DNA of 64,000 nucleotides, from contig CAVYRF010000002.1 of the NCBI GenBank assembly GCA_963770895.1, positions 4,384,001 to 4,448,000 of the forward strand, read 5' to 3'. Source of the stretch: an uncultured Acidobacteriota bacterium (GTDB taxonomy: Bacteria; Acidobacteriota; Thermoanaerobaculia; Multivoradales; UBA5704). The notes under the pieces are model-generated. The model was given only the letters and a program-made list of their open reading frames with translations. It was not told where the DNA came from and searched no databases. Positions 8,649-18,577 of this stretch are shown here, piece after piece (position 1 is the stretch's first letter; every line of letters begins with the position of its first letter). The position numbers and the translations under genes are program-made.

Positions 8649-10142
8649 ATGTCTCAGATCGTCGGTATCGACCTCGGGACGACGAACTCGCTGGTCGCCG
8701 TGCTCGCAGGCGACCGGCCGGTGGTGATCCCCAATCGGCTCGGCTCCCGACTGACGCCCTCGGTGGTGCGTTTCTTTGCTGACGGGCACCAGGTCACCGG
8801 CGAGCCGGCCCGCCGCGCGAGGTCGGAGGATCCGCGACACACGGTCGGCGGCATCAAGCGCTTTATCGGTCGCTACTACAACGAGGTGGCCGACCTGGCA
8901 GAGCTCGCTCCCTACCGTGTCGTGCCGGGCCCTAACGATGAGGCCACGATCCGGCTGCACGGCCGGGACTGGTCGCCCGAAGAGATCTCGTCGCTGGTGC
9001 TGCGCGACCTCAAGAACAGCGCCGAGGCTTACCTCGGCGAGAAGGTGGACCGGGCTGTCGTCACCATACCCGCTCATTTCAATGGTGCACAGCGACGCTC
9101 CACCGCCAAGGCCGTCGAGCTCGCCGGTCTCTCCTTGGAGCGGTTGCTGCAGGAGCCGACCGCCGCGGCGCTGGCCTACGGCTACCGGAAAGAGGAGGAT
9201 CGCGATCTGCTGGTCCTGGATCTCGGCGGCGGCACCTATGACGTTTCCCTGCTCGAAGTGGGCGAGGGAGTGGTGGAGGTCAAGGCGATCGACGGCGATA
9301 GCGACCTGGGAGGAGACGACTTCGACGAAGCGCTGCTGACCTGGGCCTGCGAGGAGATCTGGCGTCGCCACGGGTTCGACCTCATGTCGGATCCTGAAGC
9401 TGCCCAAAGGATCCGCGAAGAGGTCGCCGCCGCGAAGCGCACGCTATCCGAGCTGGCGAGCTGCACGCTCAAGGTGCCTTTCCTGTTCCGCCGCCAGGGA
9501 GTGGCCGTCTCCGTGGATCTCGTGCTGAGCCGGGACGACTTCAACGCTTACTGCGACGAGCTGTTCGAACGGTTGGTCCCGCCCGTCGAGCGCGCTCTCC
9601 GCAGCGCACACCGATCCCCGAGCGATGTCGGCGAGGTGTTGCTGGTCGGCGGTGCGACGCGAATGTGCCGCGTGCGAGACATCGTGCGCCGCCTGTTTGG
9701 GCGGCAGCCGAGGCATGGCATCGAAGCCGAAGAGGCGGTAGCGCTCGGTGCTGCCATTCAGGGCGGGGTGCTGGTCGGAGGCGTGAAGGACACGCTGTTG
9801 CTCGACGTGCTGCCCTATGACATCAGCATCGAAACCGGTCAGGGCACCGCTGCGATGCTGACCGATCGGGACATGACGGTGCCCTTCCGGAAAACCGAGA
9901 TGTTCACCACCCAGGCCGACAATCAGACTTCGGTCGAGATCAATATCCTGACCGGAGGAAGCCCTTTTGCCGAGCACAATCGCCTGCTCGGAAGGTTGGT
10001 TTTCGACGGGATCCCGGCGCTGCCCCGCGGTCGAGCGCGGATTGAGGTCGCCGTCGAGGTGGACGCCAACCGGGATCTGCACGTCACCGCCAACGACCTG
10101 GGCACCGGGCGGAGCGAATCGCTGACCCTGCGCTACGGCTGA
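8649..10142 (+). CDS. Hsp70/DnaK-like protein lacking the C-terminal helical lid (497 aa)
   Basis: GIDLGTTNS, TPSVV, EPTAAALAYG, DLGGGTYDVS, LGGDDFD, LVGGATRM, linker LLLDVLP and SBD-beta FTTQADNQTSV. The protein ends right after SBD-beta. Confidence 0.92.
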   Translation: MSQIVGIDLGTTNSLVAVLAGDRPVVIPNRLGSRLTPSVVRFFADGHQVTGEPARRARSEDPRHTVGGIKRFIGRYYNEVADLAELAPYRVVPGPNDEATIRLHGRDWSPEEISSLVLRDLKNSAEAYLGEKVDRAVVTIPAHFNGAQRRSTAKAVELAGLSLERLLQEPTAAALAYGYRKEEDRDLLVLDLGGGTYDVSLLEVGEGVVEVKAIDGDSDLGGDDFDEALLTWACEEIWRRHGFDLMSDPEAAQRIREEVAAAKRTLSELASCTLKVPFLFRRQGVAVSVDLVLSRDDFNAYCDELFERLVPPVERALRSAHRSPSDVGEVLLVGGATRMCRVRDIVRRLFGRQPRHGIEAEEAVALGAAIQGGVLVGGVKDTLLLDVLPYDISIETGQGTAAMLTDRDMTVPFRKTEMFTTQADNQTSVEINILTGGSPFAEHNRLLGRLVFDGIPALPRGRARIEVAVEVDANRDLHVTANDLGTGRSESLTLRYG

Positions 10143-10160
10143 GACCTCACCTTCGCTCGG

Positions 10161-13100
10161 TCAGGCCAGACCTCGAACCGAGAGGCTCGGATCGGCCGCG
10201 ATCCGGCGCCGGAGGTCCAGGATCTCGGTCGACGAAACATACTGCAGAGCGACCTGGTACGCCGCCTTGCGGACCGCTGGGCTCGCGTGCGTCGCGGCTC
10301 TCGACAACACATCGCGGATGCGTAGGGTCTCGGCCGCGCCGAGCGACGGCGGGCGGAACCTCTCCGGGCTGCCGAGCAGCGTCAGCAGGTTGGTGCGATG
10401 CCACGCCGCCAGCGACGGCTCGCCGTCCAGCTTGGCGAGCACCGCTTCGATGAGCTCCGGCTCGATGGCGCGCTCGCGGAACAGCCTCAGCGCATAGCGG
10501 TGCACCCGGGTGACCGGATCGGTGAGGAGACGCACGAGAAAGTCCGCCGGCCGGCGTCCGTATCGCTCCCGCAGCAGCCAAGCGCAGTAGATCCGATATT
10601 CCAAGGCGCCTGCAACGATCTGATGATCGATGACCGCGAAGAGAGTGCCGTCGGTGGCGCGATCCAGCGCGCGGAAGGCTTCGAGCGCCGAACGCAGGTC
10701 GACGCTGCCGAGCTTCCGAGCACCCTGCAGGAAGATCTCCAAGGGAGCATCCAGATCGGTCGTGACCAGCAGCGACAAAGCGGTCAGGCGGGCTTCTCGC
10801 GGGTAGTGATGTCTGGCCGGCGGCAGTGCCAGCGGAACGGATTCGCTTCCGCTGTGCGGCGGGGATGAGAGATCTTCCCCTGGCCCCCTTTTCCCCTGGG
10901 CCGTGCCGTTTTCCGTGTCCTCGCTGCGTTCCCCGCTCGGGACGGCGCCTAAGAGACCGGGATCGATCTCGATCAGGCGCAGTGCAAGGCTGCGAACCAG
11001 CGGATGCTCTCGGCGGTGCTGCAGGAGGCGCAAGACTACGGGCGCCAGGGCGTCCCTGCTGATCGGATCGGCAAGCGCTTCGAACCGAGCCAAGGTGAAG
11101 ACGGCTTCATCGCTGGCTTTCTCGACGACGAGGTTCTCGAAGACCGCTACCACGACCGGCTGTTGTGCCGCGAGAAAGGCATCGTCGCGCCGCGCCAGAA
11201 GCGAGATCACGCGCGATAGCACTTCGCCTGACTGCGCCTGCATGCGGTCGAGAAAGAGCAGCGCACCGAGGGTGGAGGCAAAGCTGGGAAGAGCCTCGAT
11301 CGCTTCTTCGAGGAGACGCCCCAGCGTCGTGTCCCGCGAGGTAGTCTCCTCCAGGTGGTGCGCCCAGGCGCGCGCGATCATGTACTCCGCGACGGCTTCA
11401 TAGACGAAATGCAAACGGTGGGCGGACGACCCGGCGGCTGCTGAACCGGCCTCGGCAGAGTTCGCAGCGAGAATCCCCTCGGATCGCAGCTGGTTATAGA
11501 CCGAGAGGGGATCGCTCTGCTCTCGCGGTGTGATGCCGGCCTCGTCGTGCCGGAGCGCCGTTCTGCGCCGTCGCCACATCTCCGAACCGATGCGCCAGAG
11601 CAGGTCGTCGACGAGCGCCGAGCCGGCGAGCGCGGCGCGGAGAACGATCCCGGCCGTCGCACCTGCCATGAATCGGTCGAACACGTCCAGGGCGCGCAGG
11701 TCGGCGACGATCCCCAGGTCGCGGCCCTGGTTGCTGCGGCAAAAGAGGCTCAAGAGCAGCGGGTTCTTGAGCAGCGCCGCCGCGTCAGGTCCCAGCTGGC
11801 AGCGCAGCTGAAACTTCTCGAAATAGAGCGCCATTGCTTGACGCTGTTCCTCCGGGCTGAACTCGTCGAGGATCAGGGGGGCCTTGCCGGTGAGCAGAGG
11901 TTGCAGCTTGCTGGCAAAGACGGGCCAGTGGACGTCGCGACAGGACACGATCACTTTGACACGCTGCCAGCGGCAATGGTTCACCAACTGATCGACGGCT
12001 CGCGCCATACGCACCGGATCGGTGTTCTCGTTCAATGCATCGATCAAGATGAAGAGCCAGCCCCAGGTGCGATTCAGGCCGTTCGCGACGCGGCGCAGCC
12101 AGTCCCGGCAGTCCTCGCCGAGCTCTCGTTCGAGCAGGCGTTGGATGTGCGTCTCGACATCGTATTCGCTTGAGATGGTCATCTCGCCGGAGAGCAGCAC
12201 AGTGGGCGTCTCGCGGCCGAGCTCATCAGCCAGGGAGCAGAGCAGGCTCGTCTTGCCGTATCCGGCGGAGCCGACGATGGCGAGGCAGCGGGCTGCGCAG
12301 TCCGTGGCGGCGGTCTCCAGCTCTTGCAGGAGAGAATTTGCGAGCAGCTCCCGGCCTGACCAGTCGCGGCCCGATGGCGCCGAGGGTAGCAGCGACCAGA
12401 ATCCGTCCATTTCTCCGCGGCCGCCGCTCAGGTTGCTGCGCCTGACGGCATTCAGATACTGCGCGGCCTGTTTGAGCCTTGCCTGGTTGAAAGCTGGCAA
12501 GGTCTCCAAGAGCGTCAGGATCTCTACCAGTTGGCGGGCAAAGGCGGAATCCAAAGGTTCCTGGATCGCCCTTTCCGCCAGCGCGAGAGCCTTCTCGACC
12601 GCGGCGAAACGGAAGGTGCGGCGCAGCGGGTCGAGAGCCTCTTCTACCAGCCGGGGCCCGGCATCCTGTGCCAGCAAGGAATCGATCGCCGAGGTCCCCA
12701 GGTCGTGTGCAACGGCGATCGCCCGCAGGCGGTCGAGCAGGCTTGCCGCCTGCACGCGAAAGCGTGTGTCTGCGTCGAGGAAGTCGTCGATTCGGCGGCG
12801 CGCTCGCCTGGGTACGAAGAGCTCGGCGGCGTAGTTGCCGCGACCGAGACGACGGATCTGATCCGGCAACGCCCTGCCGCAGATTGCCAACAGCCGGGTC
12901 GTGCTGAGCGCCGGCTGCTCCAACGTCATCCCGCGCAGCGGGAGGCCGGCATTGAACAGCAGGTCGGCCAGTCCGGCGCGGTGAGCGCCACCCCGGCGCT
13001 GCGCCCACCGCAGCGCCGAGGCGACCAGCAGCGCCCAGGCGGCGTCGGACAGGTCAGGCTGGCGGAGCTGGTGTCGCAAGCGGTCCAGAGCGAGGCTCTC

Positions 13101-13772
13101 GCCCTCCCCTCCTGGTTCCACGGCGAGAATGTGGATGTGAAGCATCTCAGACAGCTGCGCAATGTCCTTGTCGGTAGGAGGGCTGCGCCGGTGCTTCTTG
13201 AAGCTTGCCGCAAGCAGATCGAGGAATACCGCCAGGACGTCTTCCTCGTCGCGGTTTTTCGCCACGTCGAAGCCCTGTCCGGGAGTCGCGGCGCGCAGGC
13301 GCTCGACGAGGATGGGAAGGTGGACGCGGATGGGCTCTGACGATTCAGGGCCGGCAACCAGGACCAGCCGATCTCGGGTCGGGTCGAGACGGCGCTCCCA
13401 GGGCCTGCCTTCGCGTCGTCCGGCACCCAGGGAGAGAAGCTGCCGGACACATTGGTCCAGTGCCGAGGCGAGCTCGGACTCGGGGCGGCTGCCAAGGTCG
13501 AGGCGGCGCTTGGCCTGCAGAAAGGCAAAGCCGCCCACGGAAGTCGCGACGCGCAGATCGTCTACCGGCTGGTCGGTCTCGCACCAGATCGTGTCCAGCC
13601 GTACATGGGCCGGCAGGCCCCAAGGCGACGCAGCCTGGTCGCCCGCCAGGATGCAGGTGGAGATCCAGGCGGCAACGCGGGCCTGGTAGCCGATGCCTCC
13701 CGCGGTGGCCGCTCCACCCCCTGGCCTGGCGGTGGGACCTTTCGCGTCACCTGCCGGTTCGTGGGCGTCCAT
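10161..13772 (-). CDS. STAND/NACHT-type NTPase with N-terminal PD-(D/E)xK-like nuclease and C-terminal HEAT-like repeats (Avs-like defence protein)
   Basis: N-terminal GIGYQ...ETDQPVDD...FLQAKR. Walker A GSAGYGKT, Walker B FILIDALNE, KVIVSCR, NPLLLSLFC, WHD-like FVYEAVAEY, and a helical repeat C-terminus (LTDPVTRVHRYALR, HASPAVRKAA). Confidence 0.8.
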   Translation of the reverse strand: MDAHEPAGDAKGPTARPGGGAATAGGIGYQARVAAWISTCILAGDQAASPWGLPAHVRLDTIWCETDQPVDDLRVATSVGGFAFLQAKRRLDLGSRPESELASALDQCVRQLLSLGAGRREGRPWERRLDPTRDRLVLVAGPESSEPIRVHLPILVERLRAATPGQGFDVAKNRDEEDVLAVFLDLLAASFKKHRRSPPTDKDIAQLSEMLHIHILAVEPGGEGESLALDRLRHQLRQPDLSDAAWALLVASALRWAQRRGGAHRAGLADLLFNAGLPLRGMTLEQPALSTTRLLAICGRALPDQIRRLGRGNYAAELFVPRRARRRIDDFLDADTRFRVQAASLLDRLRAIAVAHDLGTSAIDSLLAQDAGPRLVEEALDPLRRTFRFAAVEKALALAERAIQEPLDSAFARQLVEILTLLETLPAFNQARLKQAAQYLNAVRRSNLSGGRGEMDGFWSLLPSAPSGRDWSGRELLANSLLQELETAATDCAARCLAIVGSAGYGKTSLLCSLADELGRETPTVLLSGEMTISSEYDVETHIQRLLERELGEDCRDWLRRVANGLNRTWGWLFILIDALNENTDPVRMARAVDQLVNHCRWQRVKVIVSCRDVHWPVFASKLQPLLTGKAPLILDEFSPEEQRQAMALYFEKFQLRCQLGPDAAALLKNPLLLSLFCRSNQGRDLGIVADLRALDVFDRFMAGATAGIVLRAALAGSALVDDLLWRIGSEMWRRRRTALRHDEAGITPREQSDPLSVYNQLRSEGILAANSAEAGSAAAGSSAHRLHFVYEAVAEYMIARAWAHHLEETTSRDTTLGRLLEEAIEALPSFASTLGALLFLDRMQAQSGEVLSRVISLLARRDDAFLAAQQPVVVAVFENLVVEKASDEAVFTLARFEALADPISRDALAPVVLRLLQHRREHPLVRSLALRLIEIDPGLLGAVPSGERSEDTENGTAQGKRGPGEDLSSPPHSGSESVPLALPPARHHYPREARLTALSLLVTTDLDAPLEIFLQGARKLGSVDLRSALEAFRALDRATDGTLFAVIDHQIVAGALEYRIYCAWLLRERYGRRPADFLVRLLTDPVTRVHRYALRLFRERAIEPELIEAVLAKLDGEPSLAAWHRTNLLTLLGSPERFRPPSLGAAETLRIRDVLSRAATHASPAVRKAAYQVALQYVSSTEILDLRRRIAADPSLSVRGLA

Positions 13773-14026
13773 GGCCGCAGCTCTGCGGCATTCTATTCAT
13801 GAACGATGACGGCGCCCAGCAGCGTCCGCCGCGACGCTGCGCGTTCTCTGCACCACCTTGCCGAACGCGGTCGCCAGCTAGCCCAGGTCGGTCCGGATGT
13901 CCGCGAGATCATTGTGCACGCCATTCTCGATCGGGCAACCGCGGTCACAGCCGAATAGCCGCGCCCTACCTGAGTCGGCAACAGGGCGAATAACCTCGTG
14001 GCCGCGGCGGTCGACAGTCTGCCTGG

Positions 14027-15898
14027 TCAGGTGCAGGGAAGCGCTGCTGTGTCCTGGACCGGTTGCGCCGTGGTCTGGTCGGGATTGGAGTAGGTCTTGA
14101 AGTTGCCGGTCTGGGTGTCCGTCACCGTGACCGAGAAGCCGACGTTGGTCAGTGCCGCGAAGAATACCCAGTAGTGCCCTCCCAGGCTGCACCCGTTGAG
14201 GACCTTGATCAGCATCTCGGGGTTGTTCGCGGCGAAGAACCAGAAGATGCCTCCTTGATCGATGCCGAGAGACGCGAGCGCAATGTCAGCCGCAGGGCCG
14301 TGAAGCCCTCCATCCTCGGCGGTGTTGACCGTGGTGTGGACCGCGAAGCGCTTGTCGCCCGGCTTGTCGTCGATGCAGAGAACGCTGCTGCTGGCGACGC
14401 ACGGCGCGCCGCCGCCGGCGGGTGAGAGCCATTGCTCGATCGACGAGAAGGTCTGCGAGAACGCCCCGTCGGCGATCAGGTTCCCCGGATCGCAGTTGTT
14501 GGAGCTTGCCGTGGCAAGACATTGTCCGTGCAGCTGGCCCACGACCTGGCCGCTTGCCAGCGCCACGGGTGAGCCCGAGCTGCCTCCCGCCGTATCGCCT
14601 TGACCGGCGACCACCTTCGAGTAGATGTGGTTCGCGCCGAAACACTCCGAGCTCGACTCGGAGAGGAAATGGGTCACCGAATATCCCTGCGGGAGGGGTA
14701 TCCCCGCCGGTGCCGGGTAGGACACGCGGTACAGCGATTCGCCGCTGGTCAGCGCGCTGCTGGAAGCGTCCCAGCCGAGGAAGACGCTGGTGCCGGGGAC
14801 CGAACCGAGGAGGCGAATGAAGGTGAAGTCGGAGGTCGCGGAAGTCGCCAGGAGGGTGGCCCCGGACGTGCGCGGGAAATTGTTTTCAGACGGTGCGACC
14901 GCGTTGCAGGATGGATCTGCGTACTGCCAGAAAGCCTCCAGGCTCGAGGCCGACGCTTGGGTGGAGAAACAGTGATGCGCGGTCAGCAGATAGGGGGTGC
15001 CGTCTTGTTTCGTGTTGTTCAGGAGGCCGCCGCTGCACAGAAAGCCCGCGGAGTTCTCGATGAACTGCAGCTGCGCCACGCCGTAGTGCAGGGACGTCAG
15101 AACGCTGCTGCTCGGCGCGCACGTGGCGTCGAGCAGACAGCTCGACGAGTCCGCCGCCGGGGTCGGCTGGCCGCCCTGCGGCATGGCTGACATCGACTGC
15201 GTCGCCGGCGGCAGGAGCGGCGAAGCGGCCGGCGCGGAGCCGGGAACGACCGCCGGCGAGCTCAGTTGAAAGAGCTCCATGACCTCGTTCACGGTGAAGC
15301 TTGTCGCTCCGCCGCTGGGCGCCTGCACCTCCACCATGAGGTCCGGGCCCGCCACGCTCGGGGTCCAGAGATCGCCGGCTGGCGCACGCAGCTCGAGGCC
15401 GAATTCGCGCGGCTTCTGGCCCACTCCCCATACCCACATCCGCGCGCCCGGTGCGAGCTGCACCGCCAGCATGTGCAGCCTGAGCCGGTCGGCGTCGTCC
15501 ACGTGGACGCGCGTGCCCCAGGCGACCATACCGTCTCCGGCGTCGGCGATAAGTCCGCCCGAGTTGCCGACGGGGTCCGCATGGCCCACCGCGGCAGCAT
15601 CGAGCTTCACCTCGGCCGGGAGGGGCAGGGGGCGGGCGAAACCGTTCTGGGGCGGCTCGCGCCGCGCTGCATTGCGGGCCTGCATGGCTTCGAGGCTGTC
15701 GAGAGCCGCAATGTTCGCTGCCCGCAGCGAATGGATGGGTGCAATGGCCAGCGCGGTCGCCAATCGCAACGGCGGCGGCTCCGTCGCGAGCGGGGGCGTT
15801 GCGCCCGGCTGGGGGAAAAGAGGGCGCAGGCTCTGAGCAACGAGCGTCGAGGCACAAGCGAAGAAGACGGAGCACAACACCAGAGGCTTACATCTCAT
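14027..15898 (-). CDS. Secreted trypsin-like (lysyl endopeptidase-type S1) serine protease with C-terminal accessory domain
   Basis: Signal peptide from ATG 15898, CSGGLLNN, catalytic triad TAHHC / SDFTFI / GGSSGS. Confidence 0.88.
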   Translation of the reverse strand: MRCKPLVLCSVFFACASTLVAQSLRPLFPQPGATPPLATEPPPLRLATALAIAPIHSLRAANIAALDSLEAMQARNAARREPPQNGFARPLPLPAEVKLDAAAVGHADPVGNSGGLIADAGDGMVAWGTRVHVDDADRLRLHMLAVQLAPGARMWVWGVGQKPREFGLELRAPAGDLWTPSVAGPDLMVEVQAPSGGATSFTVNEVMELFQLSSPAVVPGSAPAASPLLPPATQSMSAMPQGGQPTPAADSSSCLLDATCAPSSSVLTSLHYGVAQLQFIENSAGFLCSGGLLNNTKQDGTPYLLTAHHCFSTQASASSLEAFWQYADPSCNAVAPSENNFPRTSGATLLATSATSDFTFIRLLGSVPGTSVFLGWDASSSALTSGESLYRVSYPAPAGIPLPQGYSVTHFLSESSSECFGANHIYSKVVAGQGDTAGGSSGSPVALASGQVVGQLHGQCLATASSNNCDPGNLIADGAFSQTFSSIEQWLSPAGGGAPCVASSSVLCIDDKPGDKRFAVHTTVNTAEDGGLHGPAADIALASLGIDQGGIFWFFAANNPEMLIKVLNGCSLGGHYWVFFAALTNVGFSVTVTDTQTGNFKTYSNPDQTTAQPVQDTAALPCT

Positions 15899-16084
15899 AG
15901 ACTTCTCCTTGTTCACGGGCACGCGGTGCTCGACGTGCTGCGACCCCACGCCCAACAATCCACTTTCGTTGATAGGCCCAGGATATCACGCGCGCGCCCC
16001 GCCGGAAGCGCTGCGGCGCCGCTCCGCGCGGTATCGACATATGTCTATTTTTTGTAATAAACGATGCCGCGTTACCATCAAGGA

Positions 16085-18577
16085 ATGAACAAAATCCTAT
16101 CTATCGCTTCGATCGCCACATTTTCCATCGCCATCCACCTGGCCGGAGCTGGCTCCGCCGATGCGTCGCCCGTCAACACGAGCGCGGCCTACTCGGAGGT
16201 GGCCGCCCGCGCGGAGGCCGTCAACGCCAATTTCTACGTTTACAAGGATGCCGATTCGGGCTTCAATCACGGCTTCCCATCGGGGTACTTCGCCGATCCG
16301 CTTTCGCTCGTCTACGTCATCCAGGTGAACAGCGCCTGCATCGACGACCCCACCGCTCCCTCCGGTTGCAGCACCGACCCGAACGCACTGGACCGGGTGC
16401 GGGGCAACGTGCTGCAGGTCGTCCTGCCGCCGATGGCGAGCGATCAATTCTCGGGCGTGAATATCGAGGAGCCCCAGAACTGGGGAGCGCAACCGCGTGG
16501 CATCGGCTATGACCTTCGCGGCAGCAGCCAGGTGGTCTTCGACGCCCGCTCCCCCGACGAGGCGCAGGTCCAGTTCGGCGTGGGAGGCTGTGTGACACCT
16601 TTCTTCACTCTCTCGAAGAACTGGCAAACCTTCCCGATCAGCCTGAGCTCGCTGCAGCCGCCCCAGGGGAGCCAGACCGCCTGTCCTCCGGACCTCAGCA
16701 ATGTGCATCTCCTCTTCACCGTCGCCACTTCCGGTGCGCAGGCACCCGCTGGCGCCACGGTCCTGCTCGACAACATCCGCTTCGAGCCGGTTCCCACCAA
16801 GCAGCTCCAGAGCGTCGGCCTGCCGCTCGCAACCACCACCTTCGGCGTCGTCCCGCTGCAGGTGCCCGCCGCCGGCCGGGTCTCGATCCCGCCCGACCAG
16901 GCCAACCGCAACATCGCGACCGCCTACGAGTCGGCCATGGCGAACTTCGCCTTCCTCGCCCGCGGCACGCCGGAGGACCTGGTGGATGCGCAGCTCATCG
17001 CCAACGCCTTCCACGCGGCACTGCACCACGACACCCTGGGAGACCCCTTGCCCCTGGCGGTGGATGGGTCGGCGGGGGTCCACGATGGCTACTCGGCCGG
17101 TGACCTCCTGCTGCTCAACAGGCAGGGCAGCGGCGGCGGCGACGCAGGCCAGGTTCGGCTCGCCGGCTTCAGCGCCGACTCCTGCTCCAACAGCCACTTC
17201 TGCATCGAGCTCGACGGCGCCACCGGCGGCAACGACGCCTTCGCGGTCATGGCTCTCCTCGCGGCCTACAGGAAGTTTGGAGAGCTCGCCTACCTGGAGG
17301 ACGCCCACACCATCGCCGACTGGATCGCCGCCAACCTGGCCGACACCAGCGGCACCGGGTTCGGTGGCTACTACGTGGGCTATCCAGACAACGGCAAGCC
17401 GTACTCGAAGCCCCTGAACATGGGGAAGTCGACCGAGAACAACGCCGACATCTTCTCCGCCTTTTCGCAGCTCGCCGGCGTCGAGCGGGAGCTCGGCAAA
17501 GCCGCCCAAGCGGCGCTGTGGACCGCGCGCGCGAACAGCGCGGGCGACTACGTCATGGCGATGTTCGACAATGGCACCGGCTGCTTTTTCGGTGGCTCGG
17601 TGCCGTCCGGCACGCCGGCGAGCGCCGGCATTTCCCCCAACGGCAAGAAGCGCGGCGACGAGGTGATCAATACGTTCCTTTTTCTCGACTCGAACAGCTT
17701 CACCGCCCTCGAGCTCGCCCAGAGCAGCCGATACCGCAACCAGATCGATTGGCGCCAGCCCATGCGCTGCGTCCTCGGCCGGTTCGGGCGCAGGGTGCAG
17801 GCGGCGAGCTTGACCTACGACGGCTTCAGCATCGACACCACGACCGCCGCCGGTCCGACCGGCGTCGCCTGGGAGTTCACCTCACAGGCCGTGGTGATGA
17901 TGAAATTCATCGACGCCCTGTACCGCGAATCGACCTTCGCACCGGTCGCCGCCGCCTACCTGAGACAGATCGCGCAGGCCCAGGCGCACGCTCCCTTCGG
18001 CGACGGCAGCGGCCTCGTGGCGAGCACGATGCAAGGCGGCAACACCCTCGCCCCGCTCGATCAGTGCCTCACCACACCGTTCCAATGCATCCCAGAGAGG
18101 GTGGGGCTGGCGGCAACGACCTGGGCCCTCTTCGCCGCGCTGGGCATCAATCCCCTCGCCCCGCCCACCGCCGCGCCGCCCGGACCGCCGGGTCCTCAAG
18201 CGTGCCAGACCACGACGCCGCCGGCGATCTCATTTTCCTCCGTTCCGCCGCTCGGCTCCTCCAACGAGGTGCAGGGCAAGGTCGCCTTCGCGGCCACTCC
18301 TTGCATCGCCAGTGACTTCCGCGTCGCACTCTTCATCCAGGTCCCGGGGTTCACCAGCTCGTCCTATATCTGCAAGCCCTTCGAAGATGCGCCGCTCACT
18401 CCGATCGGCAACGACGGCTCGTGGGCAGCAACCTATGTGACCGGCGGCAACGACGTGAACGCCACTGGGATCTGGGCCTTCCTGGTGAATCCAGGCTTCA
18501 CCTGGACCTGTTTCACCAACACCCTGCCCACGGTAGACGGCAAAGCGGTCTTCGCCGTCGCCGTAGCCACCCGGTGA
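16085..18577 (+). CDS. Secreted multidomain protein, probable carbohydrate-active (CBM-like plus six-hairpin-glycosidase-like)
   Basis: Signal peptide, beta-sandwich-like N-region (LSKNWQTFPISL, LLDNIRFE), helical catalytic-like region (KSTENNAD, VAWEFTSQ), Pro-rich linker and a C-terminal domain. Start is 16064 or 16085. Confidence 0.65.
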   Translation: MNKILSIASIATFSIAIHLAGAGSADASPVNTSAAYSEVAARAEAVNANFYVYKDADSGFNHGFPSGYFADPLSLVYVIQVNSACIDDPTAPSGCSTDPNALDRVRGNVLQVVLPPMASDQFSGVNIEEPQNWGAQPRGIGYDLRGSSQVVFDARSPDEAQVQFGVGGCVTPFFTLSKNWQTFPISLSSLQPPQGSQTACPPDLSNVHLLFTVATSGAQAPAGATVLLDNIRFEPVPTKQLQSVGLPLATTTFGVVPLQVPAAGRVSIPPDQANRNIATAYESAMANFAFLARGTPEDLVDAQLIANAFHAALHHDTLGDPLPLAVDGSAGVHDGYSAGDLLLLNRQGSGGGDAGQVRLAGFSADSCSNSHFCIELDGATGGNDAFAVMALLAAYRKFGELAYLEDAHTIADWIAANLADTSGTGFGGYYVGYPDNGKPYSKPLNMGKSTENNADIFSAFSQLAGVERELGKAAQAALWTARANSAGDYVMAMFDNGTGCFFGGSVPSGTPASAGISPNGKKRGDEVINTFLFLDSNSFTALELAQSSRYRNQIDWRQPMRCVLGRFGRRVQAASLTYDGFSIDTTTAAGPTGVAWEFTSQAVVMMKFIDALYRESTFAPVAAAYLRQIAQAQAHAPFGDGSGLVASTMQGGNTLAPLDQCLTTPFQCIPERVGLAATTWALFAALGINPLAPPTAAPPGPPGPQACQTTTPPAISFSSVPPLGSSNEVQGKVAFAATPCIASDFRVALFIQVPGFTSSSYICKPFEDAPLTPIGNDGSWAATYVTGGNDVNATGIWAFLVNPGFTWTCFTNTLPTVDGKAVFAVAVATR

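Noticed and set aside
8649-10142. Calling this the housekeeping dnaK
   Set aside because: It lacks the lid and tail, has divergent motifs, has no grpE/dnaJ/hrcA context, and lies in an accessory region.
14074-14084. TGGTCGGGA match to the tRNA-Pro 3' end as a second att site
   Set aside because: Only about 9 bp long and inside a coding sequence; expected by chance.
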